A stretch of DNA of 64,000 nt from Tissierellales bacterium (lineage in GTDB: Bacteria > Bacillota > Clostridia > Tissierellales > JASKZW01). Below the pieces are notes generated by a model. That model had not been told where the DNA came from. It saw nothing but the letters and a program-made list of their open reading frames with translations, and searched no databases. Position numbers and translations under genes: made by a program. Positions 33,571 to 44,500 of the stretch are shown piece by piece; within the stretch, counting starts at the first letter, position 1; each line of letters opens with the position of its first letter. The stretch spans positions 2,592 through 66,591 of the forward strand of contig JASLIL010000102.1 of assembly GCA_030152145.1 (NCBI GenBank). Reading direction: 5' to 3'.

Positions 33571-34869
33571 ATGGAAACTATAAGTTTTGATTATTCCAAA
33601 AGCTTTATAAAGGAAGAAGAAATGCTAGCTATGGAGGGAATTTTAGAATCAAGTCATAGAGCTTTACATGAAAAAACTGGGCTGGGTAGTGACTTTACTG
33701 ATTGGCTGGACCTGCCAGAAAACTATGATAGGCAGGAGTTTTTAAGGATAAAGGCTGCTGGGGAGAGGATAAGAGGGAATTCTGATATTCTTTTAGTCGT
33801 AGGAATAGGAGGCTCTTACTTAGGAGCTAGGGCAGTTACGGAGGCACTGACTAGTAATTTTAATAGTCTGGAAAAGGATAGGAAAAATCCTCTTCTTATA
33901 TATGTAGGTAATAATATGAGTAGTTCTTACATAGAGGAAGTTTTTCAAATCCTAGAAAATAAAGATTTTTCTATAAATGTTATATCAAAGTCTGGAACTA
34001 CTACAGAGCCTGCACTGGCTTTTAGATTATTTAAGGAATATTTGGAAACTAGATATAGCGAGGAAGAATCTAAGGAGAGAATCTTTGTAACAACTGATAG
34101 AGAGAAGGGTGCCCTAAGAAGCTTGGCTGATAGGGAAGGCTATGAGAGCTTTATAATTCCAGATGGAGTGGGAGGTAGGTTTTCTGTTTTAACAGCTGTT
34201 GGGCTTTTGCCTATATGTGTAGCAGGCATAGATATAGATAACTTAATGGATGGCGCTAGAAGAGGCATGGAAGATTATGGACTTTTAAGTATTAGGGACA
34301 ATCCAGCCTATCAGTATGCTCTTGCTAGGAACATATTAAATAGAAGGGGTAAGGATATAGAGATTTTGGCTAACTATGAGCCAAAGCTTCTCTATTTTTC
34401 AGAGTGGTGGAAGCAGCTTTTTGGTGAAAGTGAAGGAAAGGATGGAAAAGGTATATTTCCTAGTTCTGTAAGTTTTACTACAGACTTACATTCTATGGGT
34501 CAATTAATACAAGATGGTAGGAGAAATATGTTTGAAACAGTTATAAATGTGGAAAGACCTCAGTATGATATTTTCATGAAAAAAGATAGGGAAAACCTAG
34601 ACGGTCTTAATTATTTGGTGGACAAAAGTTTAGACCAGATAAATAAGAAAGCTATGGAGGCTACTATTTTAGCCCATGTGGATGGCGGTGTCCCAAATCT
34701 TATTATAAACTTAGAGAGGCTGGATACTTTTTCTGTGGGAAAACTTATATATTTCTTTGAGAAGTCCTGTGCTATAAGTGGTTATATTCTAGGTGTTAAT
34801 CCTTTTAATCAACCTGGGGTTGAAGCTTATAAAAAGAATATGTTTAGGCTTTTAGGAAGGCCAGAATAA
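33571..34869 (+). CDS. pgi: glucose-6-phosphate isomerase
   Basis: 432 aa. [24 protein letters not shown] and [10 protein letters not shown] motifs. Confidence 0.95.
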   Translation: METISFDYSKSFIKEEEMLAMEGILESSHRALHEKTGLGSDFTDWLDLPENYDRQEFLRIKAAGERIRGNSDILLVVGIGGSYLGARAVTEALTSNFNSLEKDRKNPLLIYVGNNMSSSYIEEVFQILENKDFSINVISKSGTTTEPALAFRLFKEYLETRYSEEESKERIFVTTDREKGALRSLADREGYESFIIPDGVGGRFSVLTAVGLLPICVAGIDIDNLMDGARRGMEDYGLLSIRDNPAYQYALARNILNRRGKDIEILANYEPKLLYFSEWWKQLFGESEGKDGKGIFPSSVSFTTDLHSMGQLIQDGRRNMFETVINVERPQYDIFMKKDRENLDGLNYLVDKSLDQINKKAMEATILAHVDGGVPNLIINLERLDTFSVGKLIYFFEKSCAISGYILGVNPFNQPGVEAYKKNMFRLLGRPE

Positions 34870-34895
34870 AAAAGTAGCCCTAGGGCTACTTTAAG
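34867..34895. terminator. bidirectional terminator pgi / murC
   Basis: 18-nt perfect palindrome AGTAGCCCTAGGGCTACT flanked by A5 and a T-rich run. It is stronger in the murC direction. Confidence 0.75.
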
Positions 34896-34896
34896 T

Positions 34897-36294
34897 TTAT
34901 ATGACTTTTTGCTCCACGCCTTCTACTAGTTCTTCTCCTATAAGATAAACATCTCCAGCTCCCATAGTTACCACTAAATCCCCTTCTTTAACATTATCTA
35001 GGAGATAAGTTTCTATTTCCTTGAAGTTTTCTATATAGACAGCCTTCATATTATTTTCTACTAACTTATTAACTAAGTCCTTGGAATGGATTTCGCCATT
35101 GTCGTTTTCACGGGCAGCATATATATCCGTTATAATGATATTATCAGCATCAAAAAAAGCATTGCTAAACTCTTCTATTAAGAGCTTGGTTCTAGTATAG
35201 GTATGGGGTTGAAAAATACACCAAACCTTAGATTTTTTTTGCTTTAGTGCATGCAGGGCAGCCTTTATTTCTGTTGGATGGTGGGCATAATCATCCATTA
35301 CCGTAAATCCATTTATGGTTCCCTTAAGTTCAAGTCTTCTATGGGTTCCATTGTAAAGTCCTAAAGATTTTATTATATCTTCTATAGATATTCCAAGAAT
35401 ATGACAGGCAGCTATAGTTGCCAGGGTGTTGTATATATTGTGGATTCCCATAACATTTAACTTTACCTTGTAAAGGCAATTTTGGTTTATCAGATCAAAG
35501 GATGGAAGTCCGTTTAAATCAAAGGAAATGTTATCAGCCCTGTAGTCAGCTTCTCTGTCAATGGCAAAGCTTATAACTTCAGCTTCTGTTTCTTCTATTA
35601 CCCTTTGGGCATTAGGATCATCTAGGTTGATTATAAGATGCCCATCTTCCTGGATATTCTTAGTATATCCAATGAAGGTATCCACTATGTGGTCTAGATT
35701 TTTAAAGTAATCTAGGTGATCCTCTTCCATATTTAATATAATAGCCATAGTAGGATAGTATTTAAGTACGTTTCCTTTGTATTCACAAGCTTCTGTAAGT
35801 AGATGTTCCCTATTTCCCAATCTAACATTTCCGCCTATATCATCTAGTTGGCCCCCTAGTAGAATTGTAGGGTCTAAGCTGGATTTACTTAGAACGCTGG
35901 CAATCATACTAGTAGTAGAGGTTTTACCATGGGTTCCAGATACAGCTATGGAGTTTTGGTAGTTCTTTATAAGAGCTCCTAAAAAAGTAGCTCTATCAAC
36001 AAGCTCTATGCCTAGCTCTTTTGCTTTTAGAATCTCCACATTATCTTCTTTTATTGCATCTGTATATATACATAGGTCTATGTCCCTTGTAATATTACTG
36101 GCCCTATGGCCTATATTTATTTTAGCTCCATGATTTATTAAATCTTCAGTAACCTTGGATTTACTTCTATCAGTACCAGCTACAATATAGCCTTCTTTTA
36201 AAAGTATTTTAGCCAAGCCACTCATACTAATTCCACCAATACCTATAAAATATATATTTTCATAGTTCTTATCGTTAATATTGAATTCAAACAT
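34897..36294 (-). CDS. murC: UDP-N-acetylmuramate--L-alanine ligase
   Basis: ATG 36294 lies 7 nt after GGGAGG. IYFIGIGGISMSGLA, AVSGTHGKTSTTSM and DDYAHHPTE motifs. Confidence 0.95.
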   Translation of the reverse strand: MFEFNINDKNYENIYFIGIGGISMSGLAKILLKEGYIVAGTDRSKSKVTEDLINHGAKINIGHRASNITRDIDLCIYTDAIKEDNVEILKAKELGIELVDRATFLGALIKNYQNSIAVSGTHGKTSTTSMIASVLSKSSLDPTILLGGQLDDIGGNVRLGNREHLLTEACEYKGNVLKYYPTMAIILNMEEDHLDYFKNLDHIVDTFIGYTKNIQEDGHLIINLDDPNAQRVIEETEAEVISFAIDREADYRADNISFDLNGLPSFDLINQNCLYKVKLNVMGIHNIYNTLATIAACHILGISIEDIIKSLGLYNGTHRRLELKGTINGFTVMDDYAHHPTEIKAALHALKQKKSKVWCIFQPHTYTRTKLLIEEFSNAFFDADNIIITDIYAARENDNGEIHSKDLVNKLVENNMKAVYIENFKEIETYLLDNVKEGDLVVTMGAGDVYLIGEELVEGVEQKVI

Positions 36295-36516
36295 GAACTG
36301 ACCTCCCATAAACTCTAATTCCAAACTAAAAGATAATTCAATAAGAAATTATATCATACTATGATAATAATAAAAAGCAAGTAGAATTATTAGTTTGTCT
36401 ACTTAATAAAAAATAGAAATAAATAAAGGGATTTTAAAAGTTTTATAGAATATATATAATAGTGGGGAAAGAATACAGAAAATTCACAAAAATTAAGTGT
36501 GGAAGGGGTGACATAT

Positions 36517-36813
36517 ATGGAAGTAACAGAAGTGAGAGTAAGAAAGGTGCAAGAGGACAGCAAGATGAAAGCAGTTGTTTCCGTTACATTTGACGAAGAG
36601 TTTGTAGTACATGATATTAAGATTATTGATGGGAATGAAGGTTTGTTTGTGGCTATGCCAAGTAAGAGGATGGCAGATGGGGAATTCAGGGATACTGCCC
36701 ACCCAATAAATGGTAGTATGAGATCAAAATTAGAAAAAGCAGTATTTGATGAGTATAATAAGTACTTAGAGGAGAATACAGATAGTGGAGATAATGCAGA
36801 AATAGAGGAATAA
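36517..36813 (+). CDS. spoVG: septation protein SpoVG
   Basis: [11 protein letters not shown]....[31 protein letters not shown] is the SpoVG signature. ATG 36517 follows GGAAGGGGTG. Confidence 0.95.
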   Translation: MEVTEVRVRKVQEDSKMKAVVSVTFDEEFVVHDIKIIDGNEGLFVAMPSKRMADGEFRDTAHPINGSMRSKLEKAVFDEYNKYLEENTDSGDNAEIEE

Positions 36814-36820
36814 AGCAGAA

Positions 36821-36846
36821 AAAAGGACCCTAGGGTCCTTTTTTAT
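36821..36846 (+). terminator. rho-independent terminator of spoVG
   Basis: Palindrome AAGGACCCTAGGGTCCTT plus T6. Confidence 0.9.
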
Positions 36847-36949
36847 TTGATATAATAGAATTAAAGTAAAAAAAATCATAATTATTATGGACATATAGAG
36901 TAAATAGGTTAAAATATTAGTGGACATGAATTAAAAATGAGGTGTTAAT

Positions 36950-38314
36950 ATGGATATTTCTATTATACTGGCAGCTGGTGAAGGTAGCAGGATGCAATCT
37001 AACAAGCCAAAAGTAATACATGAAATATGTGGTAAGCCCCTACTAAAGTATGTAATAGAGGCTAGTAAAAAAGCTGGTATAGAGAAGAACTACTGTATAG
37101 TTGGCCATGGAGCGGATAGAGTCAAATCAGCTGTAGGTGAGGATTCCACAGTAGACTATAGGAATCAACCAGTTGGTGAAAATTGCCCTTATGGTACAGG
37201 CTATGCTGTTATGCAGGCAGAAGATCTTATAGAGGATGATAATACTGTCCTTATATTATATGGAGACACTCCCTTAATAACTGAAAAGACCTTAAAGGAT
37301 CTTTTAAGTTATCATAAAAAAGGGAGTTATAAGGGTACTGTTTTAACAGCAGAGGTAATGGATCCAACAGGCTATGGAAGGATAATCAGAGATGGTGATG
37401 GACAAGTTTTAAAAATAGTGGAAGAGAAGGATGCCAATAAGGATCAAGTTTTAATTAAGGAAATAAATTCAGGAATATATGTTTTTGATGGTAGGCTTCT
37501 AAAGGAGTCTTTAGGGAAGCTTACAAATGACAATGCTCAAAATGAGTACTATATAACTGATGTTATTCAAATCCTAAAGGACCAGGATCAGAAGGTTGGA
37601 GCCTATAAAATGGAAGATTCCATAGAGATTCATGGAATTAATTCAAAGGTTCAGCTGGCTTTTTGTGAGAAGGTTATGAGAGATAGAATCAATGAAAGAT
37701 GCATGATTAAGGGGGCTATACTTATAGATCCTTTAAACACCTATATAGAGGATGAGGTTACTATAGGCAAGGATACAGTAATTTATCCAGGAGTATTTTT
37801 AAAGGGAAAGACGACAATAGGTCAAGATGTAACTGTAGGAGAATATACTACAATAGTAGATAGCGAGATAGGAGATAATGTATATATTCATTCATCAGTT
37901 ATAGAGAAGGCAAAGGTTGGAGAAGGTTCAAAAATAGGACCTCATGCTAGACTTAGACCTATGAGTGAGATTGGTAAAAATGTTAAAATCGGAAACTATG
38001 TAGAGATTAAAAATTCTACTATAGGTGATAATTCTAAGGCTTCACATCTGGCTTATGTAGGGGATGCAGAAGTTGGAAAAGATGTTAATATAGGTTGTGG
38101 AGTTGTCTTTGTCAACTATAATGGCAAGGATAAGTTTAAGACTTATGTAAAGGATAGGGCTTTTATAGGAAGTAATTCTAATTTAGTTGCACCAGTTACA
38201 ATAAATGAAAATGCTTTTATAGCAGCAGGTTCAACTATTACTGAAGATGTTGAAGAAGCAAGTTTATCTATTGCCCGTGCAAGACAGGTTAATAAGAAAA
38301 ATTGGGTGAAGTAA
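36950..38314 (+). CDS. glmU: bifunctional UDP-N-acetylglucosamine diphosphorylase / glucosamine-1-phosphate N-acetyltransferase
   Basis: 454 aa. ILAAGEGSRMQS..PKV N-terminus and C-terminal left-handed beta-helix hexapeptide repeats. Confidence 0.95.
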   Translation: MDISIILAAGEGSRMQSNKPKVIHEICGKPLLKYVIEASKKAGIEKNYCIVGHGADRVKSAVGEDSTVDYRNQPVGENCPYGTGYAVMQAEDLIEDDNTVLILYGDTPLITEKTLKDLLSYHKKGSYKGTVLTAEVMDPTGYGRIIRDGDGQVLKIVEEKDANKDQVLIKEINSGIYVFDGRLLKESLGKLTNDNAQNEYYITDVIQILKDQDQKVGAYKMEDSIEIHGINSKVQLAFCEKVMRDRINERCMIKGAILIDPLNTYIEDEVTIGKDTVIYPGVFLKGKTTIGQDVTVGEYTTIVDSEIGDNVYIHSSVIEKAKVGEGSKIGPHARLRPMSEIGKNVKIGNYVEIKNSTIGDNSKASHLAYVGDAEVGKDVNIGCGVVFVNYNGKDKFKTYVKDRAFIGSNSNLVAPVTINENAFIAAGSTITEDVEEASLSIARARQVNKKNWVK

Positions 38315-38352
38315 CAAGCTTTAATAAGATAAATTAGGAGGAATATATAAAG

Positions 38353-39306
38353 ATGAATCTAGGAAAAGGACCAATCAAAGTATTTACAGGAAATGCAAAT
38401 CCTGAGTTAGTAGAAGAGGTATGTAAGGAGTTAGGAGTACCTGTAGGAGAATGTGAAGTAGGAAGATTTAGTGATGGAGAAAGCTTTGTTGATATTGCAG
38501 AAACTGTAAGGGGTAGAGATGTTTTTATAATTCAACCAACTTGTAGTCCGGTTAATGATCATTTAATGGAAATGTTAATCTTTATTGATGCTTGTAAGAG
38601 AGCTTCAGCTGGTAGAATTAATGCAGTAATTCCTTATTATGGATATGCAAGACAAGATAGAAAGACAAAGGCTAGAGAACCTATAACTGCAAAATTAGTA
38701 GCAGATTTACTTACAGTAGCTGGAATTGATAGGGTTGTTACTATGGATCTACATGCTGGACAAATTCAAGGATACTTTGATAAGCCAGTAGACCATTTAT
38801 CAGGTATAGCTACCTTAGCTGAGTACTTTAAAAATTCAGACCTAGCTAAGGAAGACACAGTTATTGTTTCACCTGACCTAGGAGGAGTTACTAGAGCCAG
38901 AGCATTTGCTAACATATTAGATATGCCGATAGCCATAATTGAAAAAAGAAGACCTAAGGCTAATGTATCTGAAGTTATGAATGTTATTGGAGATATAGAG
39001 GGTAAAAATGTTATTATAGTTGACGATATTATAGATACAGCAGGCACTATAACTAAGGCAGCAGCAGTTCTACAGGACTTTGGAGCTAAGAGAGTGTTCG
39101 CAGCAGCAACTCACCCAGTTCTTTCAGGACCAGCAGTAGAGAGAATAGAAAGCTCAGTTATAGAGAAGTTTGTAATCTCAAATACAATTCCTCTAGCCGA
39201 GGAAAAGAGAATAGACAAAATTGACGTGGTTTCAGTAGCACCTATCTTTGCAGAAGCTATAAGAAGAATCCATGACAATGAGTCAGTTAGTATACTTTTT
39301 GACTAG
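38353..39306 (+). CDS. prs: ribose-phosphate pyrophosphokinase
   Basis: 317 aa. RFSDGE, YYGYARQDRK and IIVDDIIDTAGT (PRPP-binding) motifs. Confidence 0.95.
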   Translation: MNLGKGPIKVFTGNANPELVEEVCKELGVPVGECEVGRFSDGESFVDIAETVRGRDVFIIQPTCSPVNDHLMEMLIFIDACKRASAGRINAVIPYYGYARQDRKTKAREPITAKLVADLLTVAGIDRVVTMDLHAGQIQGYFDKPVDHLSGIATLAEYFKNSDLAKEDTVIVSPDLGGVTRARAFANILDMPIAIIEKRRPKANVSEVMNVIGDIEGKNVIIVDDIIDTAGTITKAAAVLQDFGAKRVFAAATHPVLSGPAVERIESSVIEKFVISNTIPLAEEKRIDKIDVVSVAPIFAEAIRRIHDNESVSILFD

Positions 39307-39321
39307 AAACGAGGTAGTGAT

Positions 39322-39879
39322 TTGTTTTTGATTGTAGGCCTAGGGAATCCTGGGAAAGAATATGAAAATACAAGACATAATATTGGCTTTAAGGCTTTGG
39401 AACTTTTGGCAGATAGGTTTGATATAGAACTTAATAAGCTTAAGTTTAAGGGAATTTATGGTGAGGGCAGGATAGCCAGGAAAAAAGTTATCCTCTTGAA
39501 GCCACAAACCTATATGAACAACAGTGGTCAGGCGGTTATAGAGTTAATGAACTTCTATAAGATTCCTCTAGAGAACCTTATAGTCTTAGTGGATGATATA
39601 GATATAAAGCCCTATAGCCTAAGAGTAAAGGCTAAGGGCAGTGCTGGCAGTCACAATGGTCTTAAGTCCATAATCCAACACACCAAGGGAAATGAATTTC
39701 CTAGAGTAAAGCTTGGAGTAGGACAAAATGAGCATGGAGTTGACCTGGCAAAATATGTACTTTCTAATTTTCCAAAAGAAGATAGTGGCTATATAGAAGA
39801 ACTTTTGGACAAATCTGCATCTGCAGTAGAATCCATACTAGCGGATGGAATAGATAGTGCAATGAATAAATTTAACTAA
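39322..39879 (+). CDS. pth: peptidyl-tRNA hydrolase
   Basis: TTG start. LIVGLGNPGKEYENTRHNIGF signature. Confidence 0.95.
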   Translation: MFLIVGLGNPGKEYENTRHNIGFKALELLADRFDIELNKLKFKGIYGEGRIARKKVILLKPQTYMNNSGQAVIELMNFYKIPLENLIVLVDDIDIKPYSLRVKAKGSAGSHNGLKSIIQHTKGNEFPRVKLGVGQNEHGVDLAKYVLSNFPKEDSGYIEELLDKSASAVESILADGIDSAMNKFN

Positions 39880-39881
39880 TA

Positions 39882-39912
39882 AAAGCTCAGAGTTGACTCT
39901 GAGCTTTATATT
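39882..39912 (+). terminator. hairpin after pth (weak terminator)
   Basis: Stem AAAGCTCAGAGT / ACTCTGAGCTTT with an interrupted T tract. Confidence 0.5.
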
Positions 39913-39930
39913 TATCAGTAGGGGAGGGGT

Positions 39931-42900
39931 ATGATGAAAAATTTACTAATAGACCCTTTAAAAAATCTTCCGTCTTATAGTGGTTTGATAGAGGATATAA
40001 ATAAAGACTTAAGTCCCTTGGCAGTTCATGGAATAATAGATGAGAACTTGGGGCATATTTCCTATGGGATTTTTGAAGATACAAGTAAGCCTATCCTCCT
40101 AGTTACCTATGATGCTAGGAAGGCCAAAAGGCTATATGAAGATATTGGAAGTTTTACTGACAATGTTTATTTTTTTGAAAGCAAGGATCCACTTTTCTTT
40201 AAAATAGACTCATATAGCTTGGACATAGAGTCTGAAAGAATCAAGATTTTCTCCAAGTTAGCTAGGGGAGAAAATCCTATAGTAGTAACTTATGTAGATG
40301 GGGTTATGGATAAGCTAGAGTCTTTAGATAGCTTTAAGAAGAATATGATCAGCTTAAATTTTGAAAGTCAGGTAAATATAGAAGATTTTGGACTAAGGCT
40401 GGTGGAATTAGGCTATAAACGAGAAGATATGGTTGAGGAAAAAGGACAATTTAGCATCAGGGGTGGAATTATAGATATTTTTGCTGCAGATAGAGATAAT
40501 CCCTATAGAATAGAACTGTTTGATACAGAAATAGATTCTATAAGATTGTTTGATGTAGATAGTCAAAGGTCTCTTGAGAGTTTAGATAAAATAAGCCTCC
40601 CGCAGGCTAGAGAGATAGTAATTAATGACAGTTACAGACCTAAGCTTTTAGAAAACTTAGAAAGAGAACTAAGAACTAGCCTAACCAATCTGAAGCTAGG
40701 AGTTATAAGGGAAAGGGTGGAAGATAAATTTGGCCTTCTTTTAGAAGAATCAAAAGAGGCCTATAGTAGTACTAGTATGGACCTTATTAAGCCCTTTATA
40801 CCTAAGGAAGAGTTGGAAAGTATTTTAGACTATTTTCCAGATAGGGCTTTGATAATATTAGATGAGCCTAAGCGGATAGAAGACGAGTATGAGAAAAAGA
40901 AGTCAGTTTTTGAGTTTCAATACAAAGATCTTCTACAGTCTGGAGAGGTTTTGGAAAGTCACTTAAATATATACCATTCATTTCTGGAACTAAAGAAAAA
41001 GATAAGCAGGCACCTAATCCTAACTAAGACAGCCTTGATAAAGACTGTAGCTTATTTTAAACCCAAGGCAATTTATAACTTTTCATCAAAGAGCATACAA
41101 TTTTTCAACAAGAAACTGGATATACTAAAAGAAGAGTTAGACCACTATATGTATAGGGGCTTTAAGGTAATTATACTAGTTTCTACAAAAGAGAGGGGAA
41201 GACGGCTGGAGAAAGATTTTCTGGATTTAGGCATAGTAGCCTCCTTTGTAGAAAACAGAGATAGGTCCATTAAATCTGGGCAAATACTAATAAGTCTGGG
41301 AAATTTAGAAAAAGGATTTGAGTATTCAGATATAAAGTTTGTCCTTATAACTGAGAGACAGATATTTGGTGTTAGTAGGGCTAAGAAGTCTAGAGTTAAA
41401 AAAAGTGAAGGATTATCCTTTCAAGATCTTAGTATAAGTGACTATGTGGTTCATGAGAATCATGGTATAGGTCAGTATTTGGGCGTTGAAAATCTTACAG
41501 TCCAAGGGGTCAGTAAGGACTATCTGGCCATTAGCTACAGAGGAAATGACAAGCTTTATGTGCCTATAGACCAGATGAACTTGGTGCAAAAATATATTGG
41601 ATCTGAGGGGGTAAAGCCCAAGGTAAATAAGCTTAGTACCAAGGATTGGGCTAATACTAAAACCAGAGTTAAGAAGGCTGTAGAGGATATGGCTAAGGAG
41701 CTTTTAGAACTTTATGCTAAGAGAGAGAGCTTGGAGGGCTATGGTTTTTCTAAGGATAGTCTTTGGCAAAAAGAGTTTGAAGATAGTTTTCCCTATGAGG
41801 AAACAGCCTCCCAAAAGAGAAGTATAGAGGAAATAAAAAAAGATATGGAAAAGCCTAAACCTATGGACAGACTTCTTTGTGGAGATGTAGGATATGGTAA
41901 GACAGAAGTAGCTCTTAGGGCTTGTTTTAAGGCTGTTATGGATAATAAGCAGGTAGCTTTTCTAGTACCTACAACCATTTTAGCCCAGCAGCACTATAAT
42001 ACTATGGTTGAAAGGTTTAAGGATTATCCTATAAATATAGGGGTCTTAAGTAGGTTTGTTTCAACTAAAGAACAGAAGGAAACCCTTAAAAAGTTAAGGG
42101 AGGGGAATATAGATATTTTAATAGGCACTCATAGAATCCTATCTAAGGATATTGGCTTTAAGGATTTGGGGCTTTTGGTAGTAGACGAGGAGCAAAGGTT
42201 TGGGGTTAAGCACAAGGAAAAGCTAAAGTCTCTAAAAACCAATGTAGATGTTTTAACCCTAACAGCTACACCTATTCCAAGAACTCTTCATATGTCCCTA
42301 GTTGGTATTAGAGATATGTCTGTATTAGATGATCCTCCGGGAGCTAGATATCCTATTCAAACCTATGTAGTAGAGTTTAATGAGCAGATGATAAGAGAGG
42401 CTATATTAAAAGAAATATATAGGTCAGGTCAGGTTTATTTCGTGTATAATAGGGTTAGGGATATAGATGAACTGGCCTTAAGATTGCAAAAGTTAATTCC
42501 AGAGGCAGCCATACAGGTAGCCCATGGACAGATGGGGGAGAAAAGTCTTGAAAAAATAATGTTGGGCTTTATCTCTAATGAATTTGATGTTCTAGTTTCT
42601 ACTACAATAATAGAAACGGGTCTGGATATTCCCAATGTAAATACTATGATAATATACGATGCAGATAAGATGGGGCTTTCTCAACTTTATCAGCTAAGGG
42701 GAAGGGTTGGTAGAAGCAATAGAGTAGCCTATTCCTACTTTACCTATGAAAGAGACAAGGTTTTAACAGAGATAGCAGAAAAGAGACTATCAGCTATAAA
42801 GGAATTTACAGAGTTTGGTTCTGGATTTAAAATAGCTATGAGAGATTTACAGATAAGAGGTGCTGGCAACTTATTGGGTACAGAACAGCATGGACATATG

Positions 42901-43440
42901 AATGAAATAGGATATGATCTTTATGTTAAGTTCTTAAACGAGGCTGTGAAAAGACTTAAGGGTCAGGAAGTCAAAAAGGTTATAAACACTACTATAGAGG
43001 TAGATGTAAATGGATTTATACCAGATTATTATATTAGGGATGAAGAACAGAAGATAGAGGTCTACAAGAAGATAGGTAGTATAGAGTCCAGAAAGGACTA
43101 TATGGACCTTCTAGATGAGCTTATAGATAGGTTTGGGGATCTGCCAAAACAGGTGGAGAACCTACTGGAAATATCCTATGTAAAGTCCAAGTCTGAGGAT
43201 ATAGGTATCTTGAATATAGTTCAAAGACAGGACCTTCTGATCTTGGAGTTTGATAGATCCTTTGAAGTTAAGCCAGAATTGATCCATGACCTGTCTAAGA
43301 AGTACAGCAGACGTTTGAATTTTGATCTTTCCAAGGAATTTGCCTTTAGGTATAAGGTTAGGAAGGATACTCTTATTGAATTAAAGGAGTTAGTTGAAAC
43401 TATATATAGTTATGAAGAATCTTACAAATCTAAAGCATAA
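39931..43440 (+). CDS. mfd: transcription-repair coupling factor
   Basis: 1169 aa. Superfamily 2 helicase motifs GDVGYGKTEVA, DEEQRFG, TATPIPRT and QLRGRVGRS, plus a CarD-like region VHENHGIGQY. Confidence 0.95.
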   Translation: MMKNLLIDPLKNLPSYSGLIEDINKDLSPLAVHGIIDENLGHISYGIFEDTSKPILLVTYDARKAKRLYEDIGSFTDNVYFFESKDPLFFKIDSYSLDIESERIKIFSKLARGENPIVVTYVDGVMDKLESLDSFKKNMISLNFESQVNIEDFGLRLVELGYKREDMVEEKGQFSIRGGIIDIFAADRDNPYRIELFDTEIDSIRLFDVDSQRSLESLDKISLPQAREIVINDSYRPKLLENLERELRTSLTNLKLGVIRERVEDKFGLLLEESKEAYSSTSMDLIKPFIPKEELESILDYFPDRALIILDEPKRIEDEYEKKKSVFEFQYKDLLQSGEVLESHLNIYHSFLELKKKISRHLILTKTALIKTVAYFKPKAIYNFSSKSIQFFNKKLDILKEELDHYMYRGFKVIILVSTKERGRRLEKDFLDLGIVASFVENRDRSIKSGQILISLGNLEKGFEYSDIKFVLITERQIFGVSRAKKSRVKKSEGLSFQDLSISDYVVHENHGIGQYLGVENLTVQGVSKDYLAISYRGNDKLYVPIDQMNLVQKYIGSEGVKPKVNKLSTKDWANTKTRVKKAVEDMAKELLELYAKRESLEGYGFSKDSLWQKEFEDSFPYEETASQKRSIEEIKKDMEKPKPMDRLLCGDVGYGKTEVALRACFKAVMDNKQVAFLVPTTILAQQHYNTMVERFKDYPINIGVLSRFVSTKEQKETLKKLREGNIDILIGTHRILSKDIGFKDLGLLVVDEEQRFGVKHKEKLKSLKTNVDVLTLTATPIPRTLHMSLVGIRDMSVLDDPPGARYPIQTYVVEFNEQMIREAILKEIYRSGQVYFVYNRVRDIDELALRLQKLIPEAAIQVAHGQMGEKSLEKIMLGFISNEFDVLVSTTIIETGLDIPNVNTMIIYDADKMGLSQLYQLRGRVGRSNRVAYSYFTYERDKVLTEIAEKRLSAIKEFTEFGSGFKIAMRDLQIRGAGNLLGTEQHGHMNEIGYDLYVKFLNEAVKRLKGQEVKKVINTTIEVDVNGFIPDYYIRDEEQKIEVYKKIGSIESRKDYMDLLDELIDRFGDLPKQVENLLEISYVKSKSEDIGILNIVQRQDLLILEFDRSFEVKPELIHDLSKKYSRRLNFDLSKEFAFRYKVRKDTLIELKELVETIYSYEESYKSKA

Positions 43441-43457
43441 GAGGGAGGATGTTTTTA

Positions 43458-44417
43458 TTGAGGAGTAATAGAAGTAAAATATTATTTATAGGGCTTATTT
43501 TATCACTATCTATAATTTTCTCCGGATGCTCAGATAAAGCCAATGGTTTAGTTGCTAAGGTCAATGGAGACGAGATAACAGTTGAAGAATTTGAGCATGA
43601 ATTTGAAATCTTAAAAAAGGTTAGGCAAAAGCAATTTGGGGAAGACATACTAAAAAAAGAAATTGATGGTAAAAAATATGAAGACAACTTAAGGGATGAA
43701 GTCTTTAATATGCTGGTTGATGAGAAGATAATTGAGCAGGATCTGGAAAGACTTGAAATTCCCATAACAGATGAGGAAGTAGATGTGGAAAAAGATGCTA
43801 TGGAAAAATTCTACATTGAAGAGCTAGGTGGAGAAGAAGCCTATGAAAACTTTCTAGAGGAAAATGGATTCTCAGAAGACTATATTAGGGGAAACATAAA
43901 AAGAGAGCTGCGCCTAGACAAGCACAGGAAGGATTTTTTAAATAAGATCCACCTAAAGGATGAGGAAATAGAGGAATACTATAAGGGCCACAAGTATGAG
44001 ATAAAAAAACCTAAGGTAATGCATGTTCTTTTGGATTCAAAGGAGGAAGCTGAAAGATGTCTTACAGCCCTATCCAATGGTGGTATCTTCCAAGACCTGG
44101 CCAAGGAAAGGTCTATAGACAGGCAGACTGGAGAAAAGGGAGGTCTTTTAGGCTATGTTAGCCCTGGAGATTTAACAGAAAGAGAACTTCCCGAATTAGA
44201 AGAAATAGCTTTTCAGCTAAAGGTAGGAGAATATAGTGGAATTATAGAAACTAGGCTAGGGTATCATATAGTTTATGTAGACGATATAAAGGAAAGCCTG
44301 GAAGATCTTAGACAGGATGTAATAAGAAACTTAAAGTATGAAAGATATACGGAAAAACTAAAGGATTTAAAGGATAAGGCAGATGTAAAAATATATAAGA
44401 AAGAATTTAAAAGATAG
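43458..44417 (+). CDS. peptidylprolyl isomerase lipoprotein (PrsA/SurA-like, parvulin domain)
   Basis: Lipobox IFSGC. Parvulin domain HVLLDSKEEAE...GGLLGYV...GYHIVYV. TTG 43458 lies 9 nt after GGAGG. ATG 43449 directly abuts the RBS. Confidence 0.8.
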   Translation: MRSNRSKILFIGLILSLSIIFSGCSDKANGLVAKVNGDEITVEEFEHEFEILKKVRQKQFGEDILKKEIDGKKYEDNLRDEVFNMLVDEKIIEQDLERLEIPITDEEVDVEKDAMEKFYIEELGGEEAYENFLEENGFSEDYIRGNIKRELRLDKHRKDFLNKIHLKDEEIEEYYKGHKYEIKKPKVMHVLLDSKEEAERCLTALSNGGIFQDLAKERSIDRQTGEKGGLLGYVSPGDLTERELPELEEIAFQLKVGEYSGIIETRLGYHIVYVDDIKESLEDLRQDVIRNLKYERYTEKLKDLKDKADVKIYKKEFKR

Positions 44418-44446
44418 GAGTTGGATATCCAACTCCTAAGTTTTTT
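44417..44446 (+). terminator. rho-independent terminator
   Basis: 20-nt perfect palindrome GGAGTTGGATATCCAACTCC, then TAAG and T6. Confidence 0.8.
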
Positions 44447-44500
44447 ATTAAACCAGGATTATTTGATATAATTTAAATAGTCTAAGTTAGGAGGGATAGA

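Noticed and set aside
39887-40084. Minus-strand 65-aa ORF spanning the pth terminator and mfd start.
   Set aside because: It is antisense to the mfd N-terminus and to a terminator hairpin, and has no RBS or motif.
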